In this document: positions 1 through 28,850 of the stretch, piece after piece | Layout: each line of letters opens with the position of its first letter | How positions within the stretch are numbered: the stretch's first letter is position 1 | Assembly: GCF_009914755.1 (NCBI RefSeq) | Contig: NC_060930.1 | From: the human T2T-CHM13v2.0 reference genome, Homo sapiens | Length of the DNA stretch: 64,000 nt | Reading direction: 5' to 3' (one strand) | Made by a program: the position numbers and the translations under genes | Notes under the pieces: model-generated | Told to the model about the DNA's origin: nothing | What the model saw: only the letters and a program-made list of their open reading frames with translations | The model's database searches: none

Positions 1-560
1 AACTTTAAAACCCTACTGAATTGTATATTTTAAAAGGGTGAAGGCCAGGCCCAGTGGCTCACACCTGTAATCCCAGCACTTCCGGAGGCTGAGGCAGGAG
101 GATCGCTTGAGCCCAGGAGTTTGAAACCAGCCTAGGCAACATGGTGAGACTGCCTCTAAAAAAAATAAAACAAATTTTTAGAAAGGGTGAATGTTTTGGT
201 ATATGAATTATATCTCAATTAAAAAACTGACAAGAGGTTAATATCTGGAAGCTCTCACCAATTAACCAGACAAGAACAACTCCAATGGGAAAATTGGCAA
301 AGGATATGAACAGGCAATCTACAGTCAAGGAAACCAAAAAAGTTAATCATCATATAGAAATACTCAAAATCATTAGATACTCAAAATGATTAGAGACATG
401 CAAAATTAAAATGAGATCCACTTTATATCTATGAGACTGGCGAGTTAGAAAGTGGGATGGTGCCATACACTGGGGAGAATAGGGGAATGCAGGGCCCTTC
501 CGTGCTCCAGTGGGAAGGGAGAGCTGACTCAATAACTAAAGTAAAATAAGTACCCACAGG
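1..560 (+). mobile_element. Old L1M 3' fragments with an Alu monomer (43-175) inserted
   Basis: L1 3'-end text GGGTGAA..TATGAATTATATCTCAAT. Direct repeat AAAGGGTGAA flanks the monomer. ORF2-like GGCAAAGGATATGAACAGGCAA. Confidence 0.65.
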
Positions 561-1641
561 CCCACAAGCCCTGTGACCCAGCAAGGCTGCACCCAGGGAC
601 AGGGCCTAAGGGCACATGTTGGGTTTTGTAGGGTTTTTTTTTTTTTTTTGAGGCAGGATCTCGCTGTTGCCAAAGCTGGATTGCAGTGGCTCAATCACTG
701 CTCACTGCAGCCTCAATCTCCCTGGGCTGAAGTGATCCCTCCTCTTTAGCCTCCCAAGTAGCTGGGACTACAGGTGTACACCACTACACCCAGCTAATTT
801 TTTTATTATTTATTTTTTGTAGAGATGAGGTCTTACTATGTTGCCTGGGCTGGTCTCAACCTCCCGGGCTCAAATGATCCCCTCGGCTCAGCCTCCCAAA
901 GTGCTGGGATTACAGGCTGGGAACTTTTTTGAATAAGTTGTAGCTGTGGGACAGGGAGTTGGAACGATCTTGGCACCCTGTCTCTTGTCCTGGAAAGAAG
1001 ATGGGTAAAGGAAGGAGGATGAAGGAGGATATTTGCTGTGAAACACTTTACAGCAGTTAGAAACATGGGAAGGATGAACACAGAGCAACAAGGATTTTTT
1101 TTTTTTAAACCACTTTCCCTCAAATTCTGTGGGATGGTTCTTTAAGATGCAGTACCTGGGCAGGTGCAGCAGCTCATGCCTGTAATCCAGCAAGTTGGGA
1201 GGCTGAGGCAGGAGGATCACTTGGGGCCAGGAGTTCAAGACCAGCTTGAGCAACAGAGGTAGACTTCTATCTCTAAAATAAAATTAAAAAAAAATTTTTT
1301 TTTAAATACAGTACTGAGTGAAAAAGATAAATGAGATTTATTTATTTATTTTTCAGAGACAAGGTGCCATTCTGTTGCCCAGGCTGGAGTGCAGTGGCTC
1401 AATCCTAGCTCACCTTAACCTCCAACTCCTGGGCTCAAGCCGTCCTTCAGCCTTAGCCTCCTGAGTAGCTGGGACTACAGGCGTGCCACTATGCCTGGCT
1501 AGTTTGTAAAATATTTTGTAGAGATGAAGTCTTGCTATGTTGCCAAGGTTTGCCTTGAACTTCTGGCCTCAAGTGATCTGCCTGCCTCCGCTTCCCAAAG
1601 TGTTGGGATTACAGCATAAGCCACTGCAACCAACATACTTA

Positions 1642-2256
<615 letters not shown>

Positions 2257-2696
2257 TGAGCCACCTTGCCCAGTCAGAAAATTTATTTAATTAAAAAAGC
2301 CACACTATTTAAGCTATCTTGTAAATATAGCTAAGTTAAAATGTCTATGCCACAATCCAAACTGGCAGAACTCACTGAAACTGGAATAAGAGTATGGCTA
2401 AGCAGATGCTAGTATATTGATACCACACAGTGAAATCCAACAGTACCCGCCCTCTAGAATTTAAACTCATGAGGGGAGGGATTTTTGTTTTTGTTTTTGT
2501 TTTTTGTTCACTGATGATCCCAAGCATCTTAGAACAGTATCTGGCACATATTAGGTGTGCAAGAAAAAAAAAGTCTGCTTAGATCTGCAAAGTCACCTTG
2601 ATTTAAAAAGAAAGAAAGAAAGAAAAATACACAGGCCAGGTGCAGTGGCTCACGCCTGTAATCACAGGACTTTGGGAGGCCGAGGCGGGCGGATCA

Positions 2697-3031
<335 letters not shown>

Positions 3032-4135
3032 CTATACATTCATCTAATAGTGTATAAAGCTGCTACAGTTTGTCAATTGAATACTGAAATGGTACAAAGA
3101 TATGGATTCTTTCCACACAAAGAAATGAGATGTAAGTTATGCGGGAAAAGATTGCAAGGTAGTGTGTATACACAAAGGACAAGTATGTAAGATGTGTAGG
3201 TGTCAGTCCATGGGGATGATGGTGAAGGGCACTCAGGACCCTGAGAGTGGCAGGAGAGGTAAGATTAATCACCAGCAGAACCCATTCAGCTCCAGCTATC
3301 TCTAACGGTGTGGAGGAGAACTTGACATGATTAGGGCATTGTCTTTGATGTAATTTGGAAGGCTGCAATGTAGATAATGTTATCAGAATATATGTCCAAA
3401 TACAATATTAACAGGCTATGACACAGCTTCCTGACTCCAGTTACTAGGATCAATCAATGCCTCTTTTTTGAATTCTGTGATACAGTTAGATTTTCCACAT
3501 CCTTTCTCATAGGGAAAAGATGTGTGATCAACTTGCAGAATAGTCTTATTTACTTGCCAGATACATTTCTCATCGAAAATTGGCATGCTGGTTAATAATA
3601 ACAGCTTGGAAGTTACATAAATGTCCAACAATAGGGAATCAGTTAAGAAGAAAATTCATCACAGTACATATATATATAATATAAGACTTTGCAACCATTT
3701 AAAAACGATATAAAAGAAGCTGGGTGGAGTGCTGCATGCCTGTAGTCACAGCTACTCGGGAGGCTGAGATGGCAGGATCACTTGAACCCAGGAGTTCAAG
3801 ACCAGCCTGGGCAGAAACATAGCAAGACCATGTCTCTAATTTTAAAAATAATAACAGTAATGTAAAAGAGCAGAACATGCCATGGGAAAATAGAAGACAT
3901 TTTAAAAATCAGGATGCAAAACAGATGTGTCAAATGATCCCAGCTGTGTTTAGAAATACATATACTCAGGAATAAAAAAAGGCCTGGAAGAACCCTTACT
4001 AAATATGGGATTATATTTCAGGGTGGAAATAGAGATAACTTGTTTTATTTTGTAATTTTGCAAATGTATGTCTTTATTTTTCTGTACTTTCCAATTTTTC
4101 TATAATGAACAATTACTTCTATAATCAGAAAATAA

Positions 4136-4433
4136 GGCGCTGTGGCTCATGCCTGTAATCCCAGCACTTTGGGAGGCCGAGGCGGGCAGATCACGAGGTC
4201 AGGAGATCAAGACCATCCTGCCTAACACGGTGAAACCCCGTCTCTACTAAAAATACAAAAAATTAGCCAGGTGCAGTGGCGGGCGCCTGTAGTCCCAGCT
4301 ACTTAGGAGGCTGATGCAGGAGAATGGCATGAACCTGGGAGGCGGAGTTTGCGGTGAGCCGAGATCGCTCCACTGCACTCCAGCCTGGGCGACAGAGCCA
4401 GACTCCATCTCAAAAAAAAAAAAAAAAAAAAAA
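4136..4433 (+). mobile_element. AluY with target-site duplication AATCAGAAAATAA
   Basis: AluY diagnostics (GACCATCCTG..TAACACGGTG, GAATGGC). TSD at 4123-4135 and 4432-4444. Confidence 0.85.
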
Positions 4434-5152
4434 TCAGAAAATAAAGAGCAATTTTTTTTTTGAGACAGAGTCTCGTTCTGTCACCCAGGCTGGAGTGCAG
4501 CGGCATGATCTTGGCTCGCTGCAACCTTTGCCTCCTGGGTTCAAGCAATTCTCCTGCCTCAGCCTCCGGAGTAGCTAGGACTACAGGCGTGTGCCACCAT
4601 GCCAAGCTAATTTTTGTATTTTTAGTAGACAGGGGGTTTCATCATGTTGGCGAAGATAGTCTCGATCTCTGGACCTCGTGATCTGCCCGCCTCAGCCTCC
4701 CAAAGTGTTGGGATTATAGGCGTGAGCCACCGCGCCCAGCCAGCCACTTTCTTTACCTATAAAATGGGGATAATAAAATCACATTCCCCTTAAGGTTGTC
4801 AGCAGGAAAATGCCTAGAATAGTGACTGGCAAGTAGGAGTTACTTAGCAAAGGTTAGCTAATATCACTGACATCTTTGCGAATAGGGTGGTTTGAGTCTT
4901 AGGGTCAGGCCTGTCTTACCTGTGGTGATCCCCCTTGCAAAGTCAATCTGAGCGGCTGGCAGGCTTTCCTTCAAGCCTTTTCCATTCATTCCAGCGTGAA
5001 CGATAGGTAACAAAGACAGGAAGGGAAATTTAGAGCTGAGTTCACAAACTCAGACTTTTTAGGCACCAGGCGGGAATGGTAAACTGAGTGAAGCAGCTGG
5101 GAAAGAAACGATGGGAGCTGTGGCTCCTGGAGAGGGAGGCCTCTCTGGAAGC

Positions 5153-8182
<3,030 letters not shown>

Positions 8183-8635
8183 ACCTCAGTTGAACTTTCT
8201 TCAAGACCCTGGGCTGGCCTAACAACCCACATTGGCCCTGAAGCTGCCCTGAGTTTTGTCTTAACGTAGTCAGAAATAAAAAACAAGTTAAAGTGATGAC
8301 AACTCTTCAGGAAGTTAGTTGCACAGGACAGCCACTCAGTGCTCCATCTTCCTCAGGGTGTTTACAACTGGGATTCATCTATTTTTCATGATTCCTTTAG
8401 GCAGGAGGTAATTAAAGTATATGGTTTTCATCCTCACATAGCATCACAGGCCACAGTAATGACAGAAGCCAATTACACAACCAACCTGTGGTGAAAAGGG
8501 CTTCCTGGGCTGCACAGTTGAGGGGCCCTGGAGGTAAATTAGCGGGACTGGTTAAGTCGGAGAGAGAATGACTGGGGAGGGGGTTCAGGGAGTAGGAACC
8601 GAGACCAGGGCAAATGAAATCTGTCCTAGAATTCC

Positions 8636-8807
8636 AGTGACCACATGGCTTACGGTTCCAATGGGCTACTTCTAAGAATGAAAGGGAGTAGTTTTAATAA
8701 TTACACTTGGGTATGCATAGGCACAGAGAAAATAAAAATAATTATACTGGCACATTGGGTCTTAACCGGCATTGTCTCCAGACAAATTGGGACATATGGC
8801 CACCCTA
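8636..8807. mobile_element. MER96-like hAT MITE
   Basis: Terminal inverted repeats (GTGACCA... / ...GGGACATATGGCCACCCTA); family assignment from memory. Confidence 0.5.
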
Positions 8808-9724
8808 CTAAAATGAAAGTGTTCCCAAAGGCTAGTGTAAATTCCAGCGCTTCACCTGAAAACTATCTACTTACGTGGCAGAAATAAATCTTCAAACCAC
8901 CATATGCTACTAAATAATCCAGAAGACCTATCACAAGGGCTTACTACACACAGGAGCTTAGAATTTTCCTCTCCGGAATCCTGAACAGAAAGCAGGAGAG
9001 CCTCTACAGCCAGGGCAAGGGCACTAGTTCCCAGAGACAGGGAAAAGCGTTTGAGAAGGAAATGGAGTAGAAATTAGTTCATCTTTGACACACAGCCCCT
9101 GGTTCCTCCCTACAAGAGTGATACCACGCCAGCCCCGAGCTCGGGGAGCTGTTGTCTGAACAGCTCCACTTGGAATGAACTGGGCCTGGGGCTGTCCCAC
9201 CAGCCAGCTTCTGCTCTCCTTTCTTCATGGGACCCCAGGGGTTACTGTTTGGCCTTTGGCCCAGGAGCCACCTGTGTGGCAGTGACAGGAGAGGCTGTGA
9301 TCACAGGCCTAAGGGCCACATGAGCAGCTGGGACCAGCTGAGACTCAACTTATATTTGATGTGTGTTCTACCTAACACGCATCCTGCAGATTCTACAGGC
9401 AGAAAACATGACTCCACTGTATTCCCGTGTTCTTGGGAATTGAGAATTTGTTTGAAGTAGGATAGGTAAACCTCAGCATATTATATAAAATGCACTCAGC
9501 TCAACTGCTGTGTTTAAAATACACATTTTAAATCCGTCTTTATAGACACTAATATAAAAGTATACCTTTCTGGGTTGTAAGCATGTGGTAGTATCAGAGT
9601 ATTACATAGTCAATGTTAAATAAAAGCCAAAACTGGAGTGTACAGAAAAAATAAATCTATAAATATTCCTGTGTTCTGTTTGATAATTATCCCATCCAAG
9701 GCCAGGCGTGGTGGCTCAAGCCTA

Positions 9725-10071
<347 letters not shown>

Positions 10072-12246
10072 CTAATTAATGGAATTCCAAGCCAGGCTTT
10101 CGTAAATGCTAGTGAAAAATCTCATCAAGATTACAAGGGGAAAAATTCTCTCTTCTCCTACAATTGCAGAAAGCAAATATTCAATGTCATAAAACTGCTC
10201 TTGCTGAGGTTATTTTTAAAGAGTCTTTCAAGACTCTTAGACTTCAGAGATTGCTACTATGTCCAGGGAAAGTAACCTCTGACTTCTAAAAAGTCGGCAA
10301 TGCTGATAGGTTTCTTAATGATTTGTAGTCCTGGAAATGCTATTTAAATAGATATGCTGCTTTCTGGAAGGTGTGGTTTTTCATTTAAACCAGGAGAGGC
10401 TCATTATTAGCAACCAACCTCTCTCCTCATAAGAGTATGGAGGTGAAAATGAATGGAAATAAGGATGGACTCTACTGGATTTGTTTTTTTCCTTGAGACA
10501 GGGTCTCGCTCTGTAGCCCAGGCTGGAGTGCAGTAGCGCAGTCTTGGCTCACTGCAACCTCCGTCTCCGGGGTTCAAGCGATTCTCCTGCCTCAGCCTGC
10601 TGAATAGTTGGGATTACAGGCGCCCGCCACCATGACTGGCTAATTTTTGTATTTTAGTAGAGCTGGGGTTTCACCATGTTGGCCAGGCTGGACTCCTGAC
10701 CTCAAGTGATCCGCCCACCTCAGCCTCCCACAGTGCTGGGATTACAGGCATGAGCCACCGCATCCAGCCTGGATTTAGTTTTTAAACAGAATTTGACTGT
10801 CTAATGTTTAAGTTAACTTCATAAGCAATAAAGCCTCAACCGTTTACACGTCTGGTGGCTGAGGTTATTATGTTGCCTTTAGCAAACCCATGGAGAGAAC
10901 TGACCCAAGAGGCCTGGATGGTAGGGTTCACATCAATACTGTACTGTATCAGGCCCCAACCTCGGCAAGCAGGAAAGTGTAGAAGAGTCCTGGGCTCCTG
11001 GCCCCCCAAACACAAGAGCCAGGGAAGGTCTTCATCTTCAAGAGGGCAAAACAGGCCAGGCGCGGTGGCTCATGCCTGTAATCCCGGCACTTTGGGAGAC
11101 CGAGGCAGGCAGATCAATTGAAGCCAGGAGTTCAAGACCAGCCTGGCCAACATGGCGAAACCCCATCTCTACTAAAAATACAAAAATTAGCCGGGTGTGG
11201 TGTTGCACGCCTGTAATCCCAGCCTCTTAGCCTCTTGGGAGGCTGAGGCATGAGAATCGCTTGAACCCAGGAGACAGAGGTTGCAGTGAGCCGAGACCAT
11301 GCCACTGCATTCCAGCCTGGGCGACAAAGCAAGGCTCTGTCTCAAAAAAAGAAAAAAGAAAAAAGAAAAAAGAAAAAAAAGGGCAAAACAGCTTTTTCTG
11401 TTAGGACGACTGCCTGGATTGTCTTCCCAGTCCCTAGGAATTCACTAAGGCACAGATGAGGAAGGAGGTTTGGAGGTCCTATTGCCATCACTCTGACACC
11501 CTTTTCTTAGTCTCAATGCCAGAAGAGGGGCCACTGGATTCAGAGCAGTGCTTACTGAACATGAGAGTTTTTGAGAATTTGGAGGTTCCAGATCCAAAGT
11601 CCCATTCTCTATGCTTCTTCCATTTCCAAAAAAACAAAGACACAGATACTAAACAACAAGAACCCTGAGAACGACCCTCTGCTCACTTCAAAATCCCAAG
11701 TCCACTGAGAACTGGGATTCCACCTGATGAAGGTGGAAAGAAACTCATCCTAAACATTTTTTTTTTTTTGAGACGGAGTCTCGCTCTGTCGCCCAGGCTG
11801 GAGTGCAATGGCGTGATCTCGGCTCACTGCAAGCTCCGCCCCCTGGGTTCACGCCATTCTCCTGCCTGTATCTGGGACTACAGGCGCCTGCCACAACGCC
11901 CGGCTAATTTTTTGTATATTTAGTAGAGACGGGGTTTCACCGTGTTAGCCAGGACATCCTAAACATTTTAATTTTATTTTATTTTTTTAGAGACAGGGTC
12001 TTGCTCTGTCGCCCAAGGCAGAGGTGCAGTGGTGCAATCATAGCTTACTGCAGCCTCAAAATCCTGGACTCAAACAATCCTCCTGCCTCCTCAGCTTCAG
12101 GAGTTGCTGGGACTATAGGCATGCACCACCACACCCAGCTAATTTTTAAAATTTTTTCTAGAAAAGGAGTTTCACCATGTTGTACAGACTAGCCTCGAGC
12201 TCTTGGTCTCAAGTGATCCTCCCACCTCAGCCTCCTAAAGTGCTGA

Positions 12247-12583
<337 letters not shown>

Positions 12584-12820
12584 TGAGCCACTGCGCTCGG
12601 CCCAAGTAACCCATCTTAACCTTCCTTCATCGTAACCCTGAATCAGAGCACGGCCTGAAAGGATAATCACTGGTAATTGTAAAATCAATCAGGAAGATAA
12701 AACTAATTAAAATGAGCTTATACTCTTAGCAATAACTCAGAAGCCTTTACAACTATTTGTCTTGATTAGTACAAGTCGAGAGCAGAACAGACAGGGCCCC
12801 AGAGGCCTTCCTGCATTTTC

Positions 12821-12925
12821 CTGTCTGGCTATCTCTTGGCATCTGGTGTGGCTTTGTCGAGCCTGGATACACAAGACCTCTCCTTTCCAACTGGTTTATC
12901 ACCTCAGGTTTATCAGCTGAAAATC
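12821..12925 (-). pseudogene. Fossil KRAB-B-box exon (GFSADKPEVINQLERRGLVYPGSTKPHQMPRDSQTG)
   Basis: Strong acceptor ccttttccttgtccacaaacag|GA, 105 nt, phase 1 in and phase 1 out, motif GFxxxKPEVIxQLER. The donor reads gaaaat rather than gt. Confidence 0.55.
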
Positions 12926-13189
12926 CTGTTTGTGGACAAGGAAAAGGGTCTGAGTGTTAAGCACAGGCATCTCAGGCCAAATCTCTGCTGGTTAGCCCCT
13001 TCACTCCTGGCCCCACAAGAACTAGCTGTGATCTTTTCTGCTCCCACCCCTTAGCCCCTTCCCCCTGGTTCTAGATACTCCATTTGCTTCCTTAGGGGTG
13101 GAGCTACCCCAGCCAATTATTTCAGGATTCCTTCTCCCCATGATGAGCCAAAGACTCCCTACCTCTCCACTTTCTTCCAGTCTAAACTA

Positions 13190-13558
<369 letters not shown>

Positions 13559-14056
13559 TTAAAGCTGAATCTGTTTCCTGCTTTCATTTTTAGATGATAT
13601 CCTGAGAATCTCTTTTCTATCACATTCATATCAGGGGTGGAGTTAACCCCCACCCCGTCCTTTCATCCTTTCTCCAACAATAGGGAGACTTCTCTTTGAA
13701 CTACAAAGTATGAGGGGCTGGCAAACTGTAGGTAGGAGTCTTCTACCTTAATGTCCCCCCAATTTTAATCTAATTAAATCATTTCAATACAAGAGTAGAG
13801 TGACAAAAAAGAGCTAAAAAATCATTTCATCTATTTGAGGAAGTTGGAGAAATAAGCTCTCTCAGGGGTCAGGCTATACTCTGAGGTGTGGAAAACAATA
13901 TAGTCCTGCTGGGCACGTCCTTCTTGTGTGTCTAGGATGACCTGAAGGACAGTGGCGGTGAGCGGCCACCCTGGAAGCCTACAGTCAGTCCCAGGGCTGG
14001 GCTCCTGCTGTGCAGACAACCCACAGAGACTCCAGGTGTGAGAAAAGCAAGCAACA

Positions 14057-14332
<276 letters not shown>

Positions 14333-14867
14333 TAAAGATGTGCGCCACCAGGCCTGGTTAATTTATGAGCCTCTATAGAGACGCCTCTTCCTATGTTGTA
14401 AGTCCTTCCTGTGGTCTTGAACTCCAGGGCTCAAGCAACACCTCCCGCCTTGGCCTCCCAAAGTCTTGGGATTAAATGCGTGAGCCACTGCACCTAGTGA
14501 GAATTATGGAGTAAGGACTTTCCTGTGACTCACAGCCTCTGACTGGAGGACTTACCTGCAGTTTCTTACCAGCTGTGGGCTCTTCCCCATTCTTCCTCCC
14601 GCACGTTGTAGGATGTGTCAAACTAGACCTCTTAGCTTGTTATCTTAGTAAGCAGTCTTATTTTTGTGTCAGACAAAAGGCTTAGAATTTGCCTGTGCCA
14701 GGTCGGGCGTGATAGCTCAAGCCTGTAATCCCAGCACTTTGGGAGTCCAAGGCGGGTAGATCACTTAAGATCAGGCATTCGAGACAAGCCTGGCCAACAT
14801 GGCAAAACCTTGACTCTACTAAAAATACAAAAATTAGTTGGGTGTCATGGTACATGCCAGCTACTCA

Positions 14868-15041
<174 letters not shown>

Positions 15042-15384
15042 TTATTGGTATGGCAAGCCCTCTGTTGGCCAGAGCACTGGTGGTTAGAGCTGTTCCTGAA
15101 CCCCCTATTACCTGGGAGAGCCTTGAGGTCCTAGTGGTAAGATATTATTTCTACTTCTATACTCATGTCTGATTCTTTTTTTTTTTTTCAGACAGATCTT
15201 GCTGTGTTGCCCCAGCTGGAATGCAGTGGCTCTTCTCAGGTATCCCAGGTATGATCACAGTACATTACAGCCTTGAACTCCTAGGCCCGAGCAGAGTCCT
15301 CCTGGCTCAGCCTCCTGAGCAGCTGGGACAACCTCATGACTGATTCTTATCTGTTAAAAGAGGGCAGTTCTGAGGGATCTCAGC

Positions 15385-16296
<912 letters not shown>

Positions 16297-16326
16297 TCAC
16301 GAGGTCGGGAGTTTGAGACCAGCCTA

Positions 16327-16527
<201 letters not shown>

Positions 16528-17621
16528 TTAAAAAAAAAAAAACAAAAACAGAAAGAAAGAAAGCTTAGAGCTAATTTTATAGGGCAAGGAAGGATACATG
16601 ATGTTAGAATGTGCATTTTTTTTTCCATTCTGTTAATCTTCCCCCTCCCACTTTGCTATCTTTGTTTTCCCCTTGCCTTATCTTTCTTGTTTTGTTTTAA
16701 AGGTATTGCAAACAGCATAAATCCTTTTAGAGACAAATTTGCACAACCATTTCCCTAGTGTTTTTCCTTACTATCCTAATCTTTGGTTAATTGAGATTTT
16801 GCCAGGAATTAACATCTTTTAGCATCAAATACTTTTGTTTGTGTGTGTGTGGTTTTTTCTTTTTGTTTTGAGAAGAGTCTCTCTCTGCTGCCCAGGCAGG
16901 AATGCAGTGGTGCAATCACAGCTCTGTGCAGCCTCGACTGCCAGGCTGAAGCAATCCTCCTACCTCAGCCTCCCAAGTAACTGGGACCACGGGTTCATGC
17001 CACCAGCCTGGCTAATTTTTTAAAAATTCTGATAGAGACTGGGTCTCACTATATTGCTCAGGCTGATCCTGAATTCCTGGGCTCAAGCAATCCACCAGCC
17101 CTTGGCCTTCCAAAGTTCTGGAATTGGCCGAATGTGGTGGCTCATGCCTGTAATACTAGTACTTTGGGAGACGGAGGTGGGAGGATTGAGTCCAGGGGTT
17201 CAAGACCAGCATGGGCAACGTGGCGAAAACCCTTCTCTACAACAACAAATTAGCCGGGCGTGGTGGTGCACACGTATAGTCCCAGCTACTCGGGAGGCTA
17301 AGATTGAGAGGTCAAGGCTGCAGTGAGCCAAGATCGCACCACTACACTGCAGCCTGGGTGACAGAGTGAGACCCTGTCTCAAAAAAAAAAAAAGTGCTGG
17401 GATTGCAGGTGTGAGCTACTGCATCTGGCCTAAAGTATTTTTTTTATTTCGATTTTACTATTATATAAGCCAAATTTCTAAATACTGGACCAAGAGAAAG
17501 ACCATTGAAAGAGTAAGCATTGAAGCTTGTGGGTGCTGTGGAATATAGAGGTGATAACCAAAAAGAGCAAGACCAAAACTCCATCTCAAAAAAAAAAAAA
17601 AAAAAAAAAAAAGATGCATGA

Positions 17622-18495
<874 letters not shown>

Positions 18496-19005
18496 TAATT
18501 TTTGTATTTTCTGTAGAGACAGAGTTTCATGATGTTACCTAGGCTGATCTCGAACTCCTGAGCTCCACTGATCCTCCCACCTCAGCCTCCCAAAGTGCTG
18601 GGATTACAGGCTTGCACCACTGCCCCTAGCCTAAATTAATCTTCAATTAATGTTGTAAGCTTAAAAACAGATCTTCTTATGTTTTTAAGTTTAACTTCCA
18701 TATCCTGATATTCTATTTAGAAATCTTGCAGGTTTTGGATAAAAGTAAGAGTAATAACTTGTTCTTTGATTAATACACAATTAGCCCATGGGCTTGACAT
18801 ATTTAATTTGCTTGAACATTACTCATAGCATTTACAAACTTAGTTAATTAAATTCTCTTAAATATTTAAACTACATTTACAAATTTAATATACTTGATTT
18901 TTTTCCCAACCACTTCCAATTCCTCAGGGTAGATTTACAAGTCAAACAAGAAGGAAGTATTCAGCATGTAAATAATTCTCATAAACCTAATAATTCAGAC
19001 TCTTA

Positions 19006-19314
<309 letters not shown>

Positions 19315-19470
19315 TCAAAAAAACAAAACAAACCAAACACACACACAGAATATCTCAGTCTTCCAAAATCTCTTTTCTAACCTTTACATTAAAAAAGTAA
19401 CATTATGGGCCGGGCACGGTGGCTAATGCCTGTAATCCCAACACTTTGGGAGGCCAAGGCGGGTGGATCA

Positions 19471-19719
<249 letters not shown>

Positions 19720-20533
19720 TCAGGGCTGTGTGCCTGTAGTCCCAGCTTAAAAAAAAGAAAAAAATCTTGTGTTTTTTTTTATTTGATCATTTCTATTTTC
19801 CTTCCCAAAGTAATAAAGTACTTTTAGTTCATATTTTTCTTGCCATAATTCTACAATGGTCTTATTGATTTGCCCCTACAACTAAAAAGAAGTCTGATAA
19901 TTACCTAAATGAATTTTAAAGTTACCTTTTTTCTTTCCTTAGAGACAGGGTCTCCTTTTGCTGCCTAGGCTGGAGCGCTGTGACAGGATCATAGCTCACT
20001 GTAACCTTGAACTCCTGGGCTGAAGGGGTTCCTCCCACCTCAGCCTCCCAAGTAGCTAGTACTACAGGCGTGCACCATCATGCTCGGCTAAGTAAAAAAA
20101 AATTTTTTTGTAAAGATGGGGTCTCACTGTGTTGCCAAGGCTGGTCTCAAACTCCCAGCCTAAAGGGATCCTCCTACCTCGGCCTCCCAAAGTGCTGGGA
20201 TTATAGGTGTGATCCACTGACCTCAGCCTAGTTTACATTTAGAAATTTACATTTCTAAAAAAAAAAAAAAATCTCAGAGTCTCTTCTTAGAAAGTGGGAG
20301 AAGGGGCCAGGCGTGGTGTCTCATGCCTGTAATCCCAGCACTTTGGGAGGTCAAGGCGGGCAATTCACCTGAGGTCAGGTGTTCGAGACCAGCTTGGTCC
20401 AACATGGTGAAACCCCGTCTCTACTAAAAATACAAAAATTAGCCGGGCATAGTGGCATGCACCTGTAATCCCAGCTCTTCAGGAGGCTGAAGCAAGATAA
20501 TTGCTTGAACCTGGGAGGCAGATGTTGCAGTGA

Positions 20534-21217
<684 letters not shown>

Positions 21218-21839
21218 TAAAGTGCTGGGATTACAGGCCACCATGCCAGTCCTGTTTCCTGTTTTCAAAAATAGAAATAGTATGTACAACTGTCTCTTTT
21301 GTTTAAAGGATATGTTAAGGAGTATAAGAAAAACTTAAATAATCATTTATTTACGCAGATTTTATTTATTTATTTATGTTTTTGAAATATAGCCTCAGCC
21401 AGGTGCGGTGGCTTACACCTGTAATCCCAGCACTTTGGGAGGCCGAGGCGGGCGGATCACGAGGTCAGGAGTTTGAGACCAGCCCGGCCAACATGGTGAA
21501 ACCCTGTCTCTACTAAAAATACAAAAATTAGCTGGGCATGTTGGGGGGCTTCTGTAATCCCAGCTACTTGGGAGGCTGAGGCAGGAGAATTGCTTGAAAC
21601 CAGAAAGTGGAGGTTGCAGTGAGCTCAGATTGCTGCCACTGCACTCCAGCCTGGGCAACACAAGAGAAACTCTGCCTCAAAAAAAAAAAAAGAAAGAAAG
21701 AAAGTCTCACTTTGTCATCCAGGCTAGAGTGCAGTGGTACTGCAGTGGTGCAACCTCCGCCTCCTGGACTCAAGCAATCCTCCTACCTCAGCCTCCTGAG
21801 TAGCTAGGAATACAGGTATGTGCCACCATGCCTGGCTAA

Positions 21840-21841
<2 letters not shown>

Positions 21842-21924
<83 letters not shown>

Positions 21925-21941
21925 TTGTCATACATATATAT
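21842..21941. repeat. Compound (GT)n(AT)n microsatellite in an Alu linker
   Basis: Seen directly. Confidence 0.95.
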
Positions 21942-21948
21942 TTGGTAG

Positions 21949-27340
<5,392 letters not shown>

Positions 27341-27360
27341 AAGTTTTTTTTCAGACGGTG

Positions 27361-27391
<31 letters not shown>

Positions 27392-27644
27392 GAGACAGGG
27401 TCTCACTCCATTGCCCAGGCTGGAGTGCAGGGGCTGGATCACAACTCACTACAGCCTCAACCTCCCACGCTCACTCAAGTGAGGCTTCCACCTCAGCCTC
27501 CCAAGTAGCTTGGATTAGGAGCCACCACCCTGCACAGCTAAACTTCAATTTCTTTATCTGCTAAATGGGCATACTGCAAAAACTTGTGAAAATTAAATAA
27601 GATAAAGTAGATAAACAGTATAGTGCAGTAGCAGGCACACATAG

Positions 27645-28202
<558 letters not shown>

Positions 28203-28291
28203 TAAGAGACAGGGTCTCCCTATGTTGCCCAGGCTGGTCTAGAACTCCTGGGCTCAAGCCATTCACCCACCTCAGCCTCCCAAAGTGCTGA

Positions 28292-28850
<559 letters not shown>

